This document shows positions 9,912-19,120 of a stretch of 64,000 nucleotides of DNA, piece after piece (position 1 is the stretch's first letter; each line of letters starts with the position of its first letter). The DNA comes from a virus. The translations under genes and the position numbers were made by a program. The notes beneath the pieces were generated by a model. It did not search any database, had not been told where the DNA came from, and saw nothing but the letters and a program-made list of their open reading frames with translations. The stretch is taken from the IMG/VR virus record IMGVR_UViG_3300046820_000975, positions 47,925-111,924 of that record; one strand, written 5' to 3'.

Positions 9912-9961
9912 GTTCTGTTACTCACAAAATATTTTTTTATAAACCCAAAATCTAAATTAAA

Positions 9962-11677
9962 ATGGCTTATTTTCCTCACGCGTACCAGAAGATGCTGGTA
10001 ACAAAAGATGGCACCGATGCTTCAGGCTTCATCGTAGGTGCAGGTACAGCTACATCTGCTTTGACTTATGGTCAGTTGGCACTTGTTAGCGCTACCACTA
10101 ACACAAGCTTGGCTTTGTCTTCAGGTACTTCTTACACAGGTTCACCATTGGTGTACTTGGCACAAGGTAGCTACCACTCAGTAGACAAAATTGGACCTTA
10201 TCATGGAGGTTACAAAGAAACTGTTAAATCTAAGGGTATCAATCCTAAGTATGTTAGCGCTTTCTACGTTACACAACCAACTAGTCCAGTGAACGAAGTA
10301 ATGAACATTAGTTACACTTACTCTAGTTCATGTCCAGTTGTTTGTAACAAAACGTATCGTTTGCGTCTTGACATCAAGGGTTCTCCTGCTCTTCGTTTCT
10401 TGACACACAATGCTTACTTTACATTGGATGCTAACTCTGGTTGTTGCGATTCTTCAAACAGTGCAATTGATCCAAATTATGTAATGTTACAATGGGCAGA
10501 ACGTATTGCTACTTACAACACTTTGAAAGACTTTGTAATGCCAATCGTTTGGAGTCGTGTTAAAGTATCTGGTACAGCTGCTACTGCTTCTGCTACTGCT
10601 GCTTCTGCATTGACTATGACTCGCGATGGTATCTATGCTGGTGATAAAGTTATCTTTACTCCAACTACTGCTACTTCAGCTACAAGTTCAACAATTGCTG
10701 GTAACACTTTCACAGTTGGTACTGCTACTAACACTGTATTCTCTGTAGGTCAAACTATCACAGGTACTGGTGTTGCTGCTGGAACTGTTATTACTGCATT
10801 AGTTTCTGGTGGTGGTGGAACAGGTTCTGTATTCACAGTTAACATTGCACAGACTGTTTCTTCAACAACTATTTCTTCTACATCTCCTGTTACTGCTTTT
10901 GTAAGTTCTTCTTACACAAATACAACTGGTTCTGGTGCTGTTGCTTTAGTTGCTGCTACTAACTTGTACACTCCAAGTGCTACAACAATTAGTGCATTTA
11001 CAACTACTACAATCACTCCTGCTGTTTACCACAAAGTAAACACTTCTTTGGTTAATGGTACTTATTTGTATGATGCTACTTTGAACCCTTCTGGTTACCA
11101 ACCAATCACTGGTTCTGCTGTTGCAACTGCAAATCCTGAATCATTTATGGAATTAGTAACTGCTTATGTTGAAACACAATTTGGTAATGCTTCTTTTTAC
11201 CCAACTGACCACTTTGAATTACAACCTTTAGAACTTTATGCTTCTATGTTAGACAGTGAAGGTAACGTTTGTGTTACTTCATGTTTTGTTCCTACAGAAA
11301 AACAACAAAGTTTGCAAGGTCGTGGTTTTGGTGAACCATTAGTTCGTGAATTGATTCTTGCTAAACGCTACCAACAAGAACCATTCCAATTGGATCCACG
11401 TTTACGTGAAGTATTGAACGATACTACATTGTCTTATGTTGATGCAGCTGGTAACATTGTTAACGGTGAGATTAGTCGTGCAGCTAAATACTATGTATAT
11501 AACATTTTACACAGTGTTCCTCGCAAAGCTAACCCAAGTGGTACAATGGATAGTGATCAATATCTTATCAAGATTGTTACTCCTGCTCGTAACACTGCGT
11601 TTGAGCAAGGTTTCATCAAGATGTTGAATGACTTTGGTAACTACGATTGCGGTACTGCTATCACAGTAACTGTTTAA
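9962..11677 (+). CDS. Auxiliary capsid/decoration protein (crAss-like) with Thr/Ser-rich insertion
   Basis: 571 aa; highly expressed codon bias like the MCP; KSKGINPKY, YRLRLDIKGSPALRF and GFGE motifs; followed by a strong terminator. Confidence 0.6.
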   Translation: MAYFPHAYQKMLVTKDGTDASGFIVGAGTATSALTYGQLALVSATTNTSLALSSGTSYTGSPLVYLAQGSYHSVDKIGPYHGGYKETVKSKGINPKYVSAFYVTQPTSPVNEVMNISYTYSSSCPVVCNKTYRLRLDIKGSPALRFLTHNAYFTLDANSGCCDSSNSAIDPNYVMLQWAERIATYNTLKDFVMPIVWSRVKVSGTAATASATAASALTMTRDGIYAGDKVIFTPTTATSATSSTIAGNTFTVGTATNTVFSVGQTITGTGVAAGTVITALVSGGGGTGSVFTVNIAQTVSSTTISSTSPVTAFVSSSYTNTTGSGAVALVAATNLYTPSATTISAFTTTTITPAVYHKVNTSLVNGTYLYDATLNPSGYQPITGSAVATANPESFMELVTAYVETQFGNASFYPTDHFELQPLELYASMLDSEGNVCVTSCFVPTEKQQSLQGRGFGEPLVRELILAKRYQQEPFQLDPRLREVLNDTTLSYVDAAGNIVNGEISRAAKYYVYNILHSVPRKANPSGTMDSDQYLIKIVTPARNTAFEQGFIKMLNDFGNYDCGTAITVTV

Positions 11678-11695
11678 TCATAAACTTTAACAAAT

Positions 11696-11729
11696 AAAAG
11701 GAGGAAGAGGAAACTCTCCTCCTTTTTTT
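11696..11729 (+). terminator. Rho-independent terminator
   Basis: AAAAGGAGGA-AGAG-GAAA-CTC-TCCTCC-TTTTTTT. Confidence 0.88.
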
Positions 11730-11782
11730 GTTTTTGTCTGTAATTTTTTGTATTTTTTTAGTAGAGGATAATTTACATCAAA

Positions 11783-12340
11783 ATGGCACTTAAACATCAT
11801 TTAGCATTAGACATACCAGATACAGCATGTGATAACATATTGCGTATTGTAGACGCATCTGTTTATGCTACTGGATTAGACGTAGATTGTCCAAGATTGG
11901 ATATTACGCTACCTGGATTTACCATACCAGTTTATGTTACTACATTTGTTCCAGGTGAATCTATCAATTTAAATGCAATTGATTTAGGACTTATCCCTGT
12001 AAACTCACCAGAAATTATGAGTTTACCTGATGGTTTGTATACTATCAGATATAGTGTTTCACCTAATGATAAAGTATATGTAGAATACTATCACTTACGT
12101 GTAACAAAACTTTTGAATACATACTGGAAAGAAGTATGTAAAGTACAATTAGCTCCATGCGAACCTTCTGTTGAACAACATGAAAAGTTACATGACTTGC
12201 GTTATATCAAAATGTACATTGATGGAGCAAAAGCAAAAACTGAATACTGTCATTCACCTAAAGATGGTGTTAACATGTATCTTTATGCTAAAAATTTACT
12301 AAGTAAATTCCAATCAGGTTGTTGCATAACCTGTAAATAA
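11783..12340 (+). CDS. Tail hub/collar-like structural protein
   Basis: 185 aa; LPDGLYTIRYSV motif; Cys-rich C-terminus; synteny after the auxiliary capsid gene. Confidence 0.55.
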   Translation: MALKHHLALDIPDTACDNILRIVDASVYATGLDVDCPRLDITLPGFTIPVYVTTFVPGESINLNAIDLGLIPVNSPEIMSLPDGLYTIRYSVSPNDKVYVEYYHLRVTKLLNTYWKEVCKVQLAPCEPSVEQHEKLHDLRYIKMYIDGAKAKTEYCHSPKDGVNMYLYAKNLLSKFQSGCCITCK

Positions 12341-12360
12341 TAACTCTAAAACCAACAAAT

Positions 12361-12516
12361 ATGAGTACTTGTCAAAATTGCAATGCAGCATTAACATGCG
12401 GATGTCAAATCAGAACAGCTTCAAATGGTAAAAATGTATGTAGTTCATGCATACAATCTTACGAAGCTCAAATTGCTCAAGCTAAATTAAATCAAACAAA
12501 CTTATCACAAGGATGA
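12361..12516 (+). CDS. Small Cys-rich (Zn-ribbon-like) protein, 51 aa, absent from the ORF track
   Basis: MSTCQNCNAALTCGCQIRTASNGKNVCSSCIQSYEAQIAQAKLNQTNLSQG*. It fills the gap exactly, has the AAAACCAACAAA leader and overlaps the next gene by ATGA. Confidence 0.8.
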   Translation: MSTCQNCNAALTCGCQIRTASNGKNVCSSCIQSYEAQIAQAKLNQTNLSQG

Positions 12517-12746
12517 TGGAAACACCTATAGTTCATATTAACAGATTGTTTGCTGATACAGTTTTTCAAGAAGTGCGTAAAAAACGCTTTGGGTTAAAAA
12601 TTTGTAAAGCACATGTTGATATGGATCTTGCAGATGATTTAAGAAACATTTATACAAGACAATTAGAATTAATTGACTGTGGATGTAATCCAAATTTATC
12701 TTCTTGTGAAAGAGTAAAAGTTGAAGAACGCATTAATACATTATAA
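12513..12746 (+). CDS. Small hypothetical structural protein (tail hub region)
   Basis: 77 aa; translationally coupled at both ends; contains CGC. Confidence 0.7.
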   Translation: MMETPIVHINRLFADTVFQEVRKKRFGLKICKAHVDMDLADDLRNIYTRQLELIDCGCNPNLSSCERVKVEERINTL

Positions 12747-14296
12747 TGGAACCAATAAATACATCAAATAAAGATACGCAAGCTTGTATACCAATCAGTT
12801 CTAACTGTGTGGTATGGCAAGGTCCAGATATCCCATGTATTAACTTATGTTCTGGTGATAATATAACTGAGGTTGTATATAAACTTGCAACAAAGTTGTG
12901 TGAAATGGCTGATCAAGTACTTGATATTACTGCACTTGATTTGACATGTTTAAACCCTAGCACAGGAGTTACAAACCAAACTCAACTTATTCAGTTATTA
13001 ATTAACAAAATTTGTGAAGCATTAAATTGCTGTAACAACAGTGGTGGTATTGTGCCTGGTACTAGTTTTTATGATTTACCAGTATGTTTACAATATACTG
13101 AGAATGATCAAGTAATAACACAATTACCTTTAGACGATTACTTAACGTATTTGGCTACTAATATCTGTGATATAATTACAGATATAAATAGTTTAACTAC
13201 ACGTGTTACAACATTGGAAATTGCTGTAGCTGAATTACAAGAAGCAACATATCCAACTGCAGACATATTCATTACTACACAGTGTGCAAGTGGTGGAACA
13301 CCAGGTGTTACAATGGAAATACAAACAGCGTTTGAAAATTTTGAAGAAAAATTTTGTCAATTGCTGGGTTTACTTGGTTCTACTTCTGCCATAGATACGT
13401 TTATTGATGTTGAATGTGCAGGTATTGATACTGCTCCACAGTTAGCTGATCCAGGTAGTTTAATGAATGCATTACCAGGATGGACAAGTTCTCCATCAAC
13501 TGTAATGCAAAATCTAACCAACCTATGGTTAGTTGTTTGCGATATGCGAGAAAAGGTTACTACTTGTTGTACAGGAACAATTCCTTGTTCTGCTGTACCT
13601 GTAAGTAATATTAATACAATTGTAGATGGAGTAAACAATACATTTACATGGACACCACCAGCATTAATTGTTGGCGCTCCTACACCTACATCATTATTAC
13701 TTGAAATATTTAGATACACATCTGGTTCTGTTGTAACTCCTAGTGTGTATAATCAAACTTTTGCAGGAACAGCTGTTACATCAGGATCAATAAATGTAAG
13801 TGGATTTGCAGCATCTTATGATGAGTTATTTTATGTAAAAATAACAGCAATCTATTCTTGCGGTCAAGCTGAAGCATTTAACATTTTACATTTAGTGAAT
13901 CCTTCTGTTGCTCCTTGTGTTCGTGTAACTGATAATGTTGTAACATCTTCAACTTCAATTACTTGTAGCGGATCTAACTATCCTGCAACACAACGTAACA
14001 TTATAGTTGAATTGCGTGATGTAAGTAATAACTTAGTTATCAATACTTCAAGTGCTGCAACTGTACGTGTAATGTTCAGCTTAGCTTATTCTGGTGGTTC
14101 AACAACTACAGAATATGTTGATGTAGTTCTTCCAGTTGGTGTATCAAGCGTAAACTATACTTACTATAGTGCTGGTACACAAACTCATTCAGGATCTTGT
14201 ACAGCATTTACAAGAACTTATCTTGGAGTTAACTCAGCAAGTTCTTCAATTGGTTCTCGTGCATTCTGCTCAGGCATAACTTATTATACTCCATAA
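12746..14296 (+). CDS. Cys-rich tail fibre/spike protein with FN3/Ig-like C-terminal domains
   Basis: N-terminal SNCVVWQGPDIPC...KLC domain, a coiled coil, then an FN3-like segment (TFTWTPP...YVKITAIYSCG) and a beta-rich C-terminus. Confidence 0.6.
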   Translation: MEPINTSNKDTQACIPISSNCVVWQGPDIPCINLCSGDNITEVVYKLATKLCEMADQVLDITALDLTCLNPSTGVTNQTQLIQLLINKICEALNCCNNSGGIVPGTSFYDLPVCLQYTENDQVITQLPLDDYLTYLATNICDIITDINSLTTRVTTLEIAVAELQEATYPTADIFITTQCASGGTPGVTMEIQTAFENFEEKFCQLLGLLGSTSAIDTFIDVECAGIDTAPQLADPGSLMNALPGWTSSPSTVMQNLTNLWLVVCDMREKVTTCCTGTIPCSAVPVSNINTIVDGVNNTFTWTPPALIVGAPTPTSLLLEIFRYTSGSVVTPSVYNQTFAGTAVTSGSINVSGFAASYDELFYVKITAIYSCGQAEAFNILHLVNPSVAPCVRVTDNVVTSSTSITCSGSNYPATQRNIIVELRDVSNNLVINTSSAATVRVMFSLAYSGGSTTTEYVDVVLPVGVSSVNYTYYSAGTQTHSGSCTAFTRTYLGVNSASSSIGSRAFCSGITYYTP

Positions 14297-14316
14297 ACTG
14301 ATAAATATTTTTTGAG

Positions 14317-15228
14317 ATGTATCCAGAATTAAATAATAACTGCGGATGTCCAGATCCTACAGTACCAGCAGTAGAAATACCAGCACCTCCTGTATGTGAA
14401 GGTGAACCGTGTCCAGAAGTCATAAACACCACATGTGTTAGATATGATGGTCCTGCTATTGAATGTATTACTACTACAGTAAACATGACATTAAATGCTT
14501 TGATAATTGCAATTACAGATAAACTGTGTGCATTAGAAGCAGGTGGTAGTACAGGTGAAGGAGCTGTTACAGGCATTACATGGGGATGTGTTGTTGAACC
14601 AGAAACTACTTCAGTTTCTGATGCAGTACAAATGTTGGTTAATGCAATTAACAATACAATTATCAGATACAATGTAAATGATTTCACTGTAGTTGATGAT
14701 GATGATTGTTCTGCGCGCACATTAACAATTAAAAAAGGCGTTTGGACACAAATTGCAAACAATGATATCCTTTGGTATAATGGATTTAGTGCAGCTACTC
14801 CAATTTATTATTTGTTAGATGCAGATGGAGTGATCCATTTAAAAGGTACATTGAGCAAATCAACTGTAATGGTTATGTCTTCAGCTACTTATTCAAGTGG
14901 TGTAGGTATTAAAATTGCTGAATTACCAGGGTATTTATTACCAGTTGCTGAAAGAAATACTAATACTCCATCAGCAATAAATGATTTTCCAATTTTAACT
15001 GTACCTGGATTTAACAATACATGTATTTATTCTACAGCTGGTCCTGTTAATCCTAACTATGCTTTACAATGGACTTTATCATGCAGTAAAACTGTTAGTG
15101 GAAGTAACTACTATTTTGCTATTAACGCATATGTTCCTTATGGTGCAACTGTAAATGGTGGAGGTAATGTAAATGGTGCAACAAATGTTAGCATGTACTT
15201 ACATCCTGTAAAATACACAAGTTTATAA
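14317..15228 (+). CDS. Tail fibre / receptor-binding protein
   Basis: N-terminal TCVRYDGPAIEC...KLC is paralogous to the previous gene; C-terminal W..I...NGF....Y..D.DGVIHLKG...IAELP pattern typical of fibre head domains. Confidence 0.6.
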   Translation: MYPELNNNCGCPDPTVPAVEIPAPPVCEGEPCPEVINTTCVRYDGPAIECITTTVNMTLNALIIAITDKLCALEAGGSTGEGAVTGITWGCVVEPETTSVSDAVQMLVNAINNTIIRYNVNDFTVVDDDDCSARTLTIKKGVWTQIANNDILWYNGFSAATPIYYLLDADGVIHLKGTLSKSTVMVMSSATYSSGVGIKIAELPGYLLPVAERNTNTPSAINDFPILTVPGFNNTCIYSTAGPVNPNYALQWTLSCSKTVSGSNYYFAINAYVPYGATVNGGGNVNGATNVSMYLHPVKYTSL

Positions 15229-15272
15229 AAGTAATCATTCGTCAGGTTTGTTGGTTTTTTCCTGAAAGATGA

Positions 15273-15305
15273 TGCCCCTAGGTAAAACTGGGGGCAACTT
15301 TTTTT
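15273..15305 (+). terminator. Rho-independent terminator
   Basis: TGCCCCTAG-GTAAAA-CTGGGGGCA then a T7 run. Confidence 0.8.
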
Positions 15306-15311
15306 GCAGAA

Positions 15312-15343
15312 TTTGCTATTTGTATATAAAACCATTATATTTG
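15312..15343 (+). promoter_or_regulatory. Bacteroidota housekeeping-sigma promoter (-33/-7)
   Basis: TTTG(15312-15315)-N20-TATATTTG(15336-15343), an exact match to the TTTG-N19-21-TAnnTTTG consensus. Confidence 0.72.
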
Positions 15344-15372
15344 TTAGACTCATGTCTTAGAAAACCATTCTT

Positions 15373-16686
15373 ATGACCATTATATCAGCTGTTTACAACA
15401 GTCTTAAACGCAAAAAATCTGCAGAATCTGAAGCTAGCAGATTAGGAATCTCCCTCCCTCAGTACCTTAAAGTTAAAGATGCATTGTTAAAAGTTATCCA
15501 CAAGGTGGGTTCTAAAGTAGACAATGTTATAATTACTTTGGCTGAGCAAGAACTTAGCAAATCTTATTCTGTAAAAACAGAAAAAGAATTATTAAAAGCT
15601 CTCACAGAGAAATTACCTGAAACTGAATCTGCAAAGTACTTTGAAGTACATGAAGATCTTGAATCTGGTACAAGTAAAATTTCAGCAATTTCTTCTACTG
15701 AACCTAAAAGTGCAGAAGAGATTATTAAACTTCTTAAGATTGATACTTCTAAATGGAAGTTAAGTCAATACTGGAATAAAGAGAAATCTGATAAGTGGTT
15801 GGTATCTGCATTGGTAACTAAACGTCCAGAAGCAGAACAGATCCAAAGTACATTTTTGGATTTATTACAAAATTATGAATTAGCACAACCTGCTGCACCA
15901 GAATTTTACTATTTAAACTCAGGGGTATCAGAAGAAGTTTGTGCAGTAATCTCATTGCAAGATCTTCACTTTGGTAAAACTGGTAATGAAGATTTAGAAA
16001 TCCACGTAGAAAACGCTATAAAGTACCTTATTGGTAAAGCACATGTTAATTATACACTACAAAAAGTAGTTTTAGTTATTGGTGCTGACACCTTAAACAT
16101 GGATACTTTTAACGGTACAACTACAAAAGGAACTCCAGTTGAGAATTCAAGTACAGCTACTAATGCTTATTTACAAGCGTTTGATTCAATATCAAATGCT
16201 TTGTCTCACATATATAACTATACAGAAGAACTTGAAGTTGTATTTGTACCAGGTAACCATGATCGTTTGAGTTCTTTCCATTTACTTCACGCTTTAAAAC
16301 AAATGTTCCAAAATTGGGAACGTATGAAGTTTAGCATAGATTACGCTGAGCGTAAAGTACTTATGTATGGTAAAAATATGATTTGCTTTGAACATGGTGA
16401 TGTTTCTGCAAAGAACAACCCTTTAGTATTTGCAGTAGAATTCCCACAAGAATGGGGATCTTCTGTACACAGGATGCTTTATACTGGCCATTACCATGGA
16501 CGCAAAACAAAAGAGTATATTACTGAAAATGAGGAGAATGGATTTGTAAGTAGGATTATCCCTGCATTAACTAGCTCTGACTATTACCATTATCACAACA
16601 AATGGGTGGGTAATAAACGTGCAGCAATTTTGCACATTCATGACGCTAATAATGGATTGATAGGAGAATTTACTTATAGCGTGTAA
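15373..16686 (+). CDS. Calcineurin-like metallophosphoesterase with N-terminal extension
   Basis: All five motifs present: DLH(FGK), GAD, GNHD, EHGD, GHYH. Confidence 0.88.
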   Translation: MTIISAVYNSLKRKKSAESEASRLGISLPQYLKVKDALLKVIHKVGSKVDNVIITLAEQELSKSYSVKTEKELLKALTEKLPETESAKYFEVHEDLESGTSKISAISSTEPKSAEEIIKLLKIDTSKWKLSQYWNKEKSDKWLVSALVTKRPEAEQIQSTFLDLLQNYELAQPAAPEFYYLNSGVSEEVCAVISLQDLHFGKTGNEDLEIHVENAIKYLIGKAHVNYTLQKVVLVIGADTLNMDTFNGTTTKGTPVENSSTATNAYLQAFDSISNALSHIYNYTEELEVVFVPGNHDRLSSFHLLHALKQMFQNWERMKFSIDYAERKVLMYGKNMICFEHGDVSAKNNPLVFAVEFPQEWGSSVHRMLYTGHYHGRKTKEYITENEENGFVSRIIPALTSSDYYHYHNKWVGNKRAAILHIHDANNGLIGEFTYSV

Positions 16687-16737
16687 GTTGTTTCATAATG
16701 TCCTCCTTTTTTTGTAATTTTTATATGTAGTGGTATA

Positions 16738-17319
16738 ATGAGAGAAGCTAGAAAACCAAACTTAAATGGTCCCAGATACAGAAAGCCAAGCAAGAATCTT
16801 TTAACAAAAGAATTCATTAAAAAGTTAAGAGAGAATGTTCCTGGTTGTAATGTGTTATCTGATGATCAAATTAAGGAAGTGATTTACAAGTTTAACACAA
16901 ATGTCTGGAAAACAGTCATTGAAGTTAGAGATGGTGTAGAATTACCAAACTTGTTAGGTCATGTGTTTATTGGAACTTGCCAACCAAAGAAATCTAAAAA
17001 TGTAGATTTCAAAGCAAGTGCAGATTATTTAAAAGTAATTCAGCACAGAAATTGGGAAAGTGACAATTATCTAGCAAAGATCTTTTATACTACTTATGGA
17101 ACTAGATATCGTTTTAAAAACAATGAGATCTGGGCATTTAATCCAGCACGTGCGTTTACAAGGATGGTAGGTAAAACTTACCCTCAGCTTTGGAAACAAT
17201 ATGTTGTGGTTGATCCAACAAGAAAAATTAGTAAGTTGTTTAAAAGCTATGATTATCAAATACAGCGAGTAGAACAAACTAAAGATACAATAGAAAATTA
17301 CAACGAATTTGACTTATGA
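16738..17319 (+). CDS. IHF/HU-like DNA-binding protein (crAss-like)
   Basis: Basic 193-aa protein; helix-helix followed by GVELPNLLGHVFI beta-turn; position before the tail tube and stabilisation genes. Confidence 0.6.
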   Translation: MREARKPNLNGPRYRKPSKNLLTKEFIKKLRENVPGCNVLSDDQIKEVIYKFNTNVWKTVIEVRDGVELPNLLGHVFIGTCQPKKSKNVDFKASADYLKVIQHRNWESDNYLAKIFYTTYGTRYRFKNNEIWAFNPARAFTRMVGKTYPQLWKQYVVVDPTRKISKLFKSYDYQIQRVEQTKDTIENYNEFDL

Positions 17320-17987
17320 TAACAATAGGTGAAGTTACTTCAAGATTACGTAATCAGTTTAAATCATCAAAATATGATGCATTTATGACTGATCGCTTTA
17401 TCTATTCTATGGTCATGAAGCATGCAAGAATGCTTATGCGTAGACAAGATAGTTTAAATAAGTTGATGAAGTTCAATTCAATATTCCAGTCACTTGACTT
17501 TATGGAATTAATTGATGTTGATAGAGCACAAGCTGGTTGTAGAGGTATTGTTACTGGTTGTTATTTTAAGCGTACAAAAACAAAACTTCCAGCATTAATG
17601 GAAGGTTATTGGGGACCATTATTACGTTCAGTTACATCAATAGATTTATCACAAGATGTGACTCCTACATATCCAAACAGCTTTGAACAAATGTCAAAGC
17701 AAAAAACATTCAAATACAATACAAGAAAGTATTATTGGTATCTTGATGGATACTTGTATTTTCCTAATTTAGATTGGGATGCTATTCGTATTGAAGGTGT
17801 GTTTGAAGGAGATGTAAGTAAATATAACTGTGACCCATCAGATCTATGTAAATTTGTACAAGATGAGGAAATCAGAGTTCCTGAGTTTCTTTTAGCTGAA
17901 GTTGAACAATTGGTTTCTAAAGATTTAAGTTTGTTGTTACAAATACCACAAGATACTGACTCTGATAACCGTCATATAAATCGCTAA
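17316..17987 (+). CDS. Tail ring/tubular protein
   Basis: 223 aa; YYWYLDGYLY and IEGVFE motifs; ATGA overlap; synteny. Confidence 0.6.
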   Translation: MITIGEVTSRLRNQFKSSKYDAFMTDRFIYSMVMKHARMLMRRQDSLNKLMKFNSIFQSLDFMELIDVDRAQAGCRGIVTGCYFKRTKTKLPALMEGYWGPLLRSVTSIDLSQDVTPTYPNSFEQMSKQKTFKYNTRKYYWYLDGYLYFPNLDWDAIRIEGVFEGDVSKYNCDPSDLCKFVQDEEIRVPEFLLAEVEQLVSKDLSLLLQIPQDTDSDNRHINR

Positions 17988-17992
17988 TTCTC

Positions 17993-19120
17993 ATGTTAAC
18001 AGAACCTCAATACAGAACCTTTGATGAATTACTTGACAGTGTAAAGCTTGATTTAAAAAGCTTTGACTTAGAAGGTATGATTGATGCTCAGCAATTGATT
18101 AAAGTTGCTATGCGTGTCAATTATGAATTGGGATTGAGAATTAATCAGTCACGTGCTAAAGCTATTACTGTGTATAAAGGTAAAGCTAAGTTACCAGTTG
18201 ATTTTTATGTTTTAAACTTTGCTCTAATTTGTGAAGATACTACTTCATATAAAAGTGAAACTGAAGATAAAACATATACTGAAGGTATAACAGATGGTGT
18301 CTTGCAAGGTATTTATTTAGCACAACAATATTATTTGAATCATTCTGTTGGATCATATACTACTACATTAAATATTCCAAATGGTGTAACTACTATTACA
18401 CACAATCTTAATACTCATAATGTTATTGTTGAGGCATTTGCTCCTGATGGAACAATGCTTAGTTTTGAAGTACAAACCCCAACTGAAGATACAATTACAA
18501 TTACATCAACTGCTCCAACAACTCAGCTTGATATTAAAGTAGTTATTATTGGTGCACCTGAAACTCCTGCTACTACTGTTACTCAATTACAAGAAGCTGC
18601 GTGTCCTGCTGAATTAATTAATGATCCATTTATGCATATTCCAAAAGTGATTTATGTAACAAATGGTAAATTAATGCAAGCAAAACGTTTGGCTGCTATG
18701 CGTATTGAAAAGAGTAAAGATGTAAGCGCTGACTGTGTAAATTTACAAAGTACAGACTACAGAACTGCACACATTAAAAATGGTTTTTTAGTAACTAACT
18801 TTGACGAAGGTACAGTATATATTAACTACCAAAGTTTGATGGAAGATGACAATGGTAACTTAATGGTATTAGATCATCCTTTATGTAATGAGTTTTATGA
18901 ATATGCTATTAAACAACGCATATTTGAAAACTTGATGTTTGCTGGTGAAAATGTAGCAAACCATATACAGTTTGTTGAGCAAAGATTGAGAGCTGCTAGA
19001 AATAACGCATATTCATTTGTTAATACTCCTGACTTTAATGAGTTGAAGAAGAACTGGGAAATGAATCGTAAAGCTATGTACCATAGATACTACAACATGT
19101 TTAAAAGCAGCATTGTATGA
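17993..19120 (+). CDS. Tail tubular (ring) protein with an internal inserted domain
   Basis: KAKLPVDF and TNFDEGTVYINY...DDNG motifs; precedes the muzzle gene. Confidence 0.65.
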   Translation: MLTEPQYRTFDELLDSVKLDLKSFDLEGMIDAQQLIKVAMRVNYELGLRINQSRAKAITVYKGKAKLPVDFYVLNFALICEDTTSYKSETEDKTYTEGITDGVLQGIYLAQQYYLNHSVGSYTTTLNIPNGVTTITHNLNTHNVIVEAFAPDGTMLSFEVQTPTEDTITITSTAPTTQLDIKVVIIGAPETPATTVTQLQEAACPAELINDPFMHIPKVIYVTNGKLMQAKRLAAMRIEKSKDVSADCVNLQSTDYRTAHIKNGFLVTNFDEGTVYINYQSLMEDDNGNLMVLDHPLCNEFYEYAIKQRIFENLMFAGENVANHIQFVEQRLRAARNNAYSFVNTPDFNELKKNWEMNRKAMYHRYYNMFKSSIV

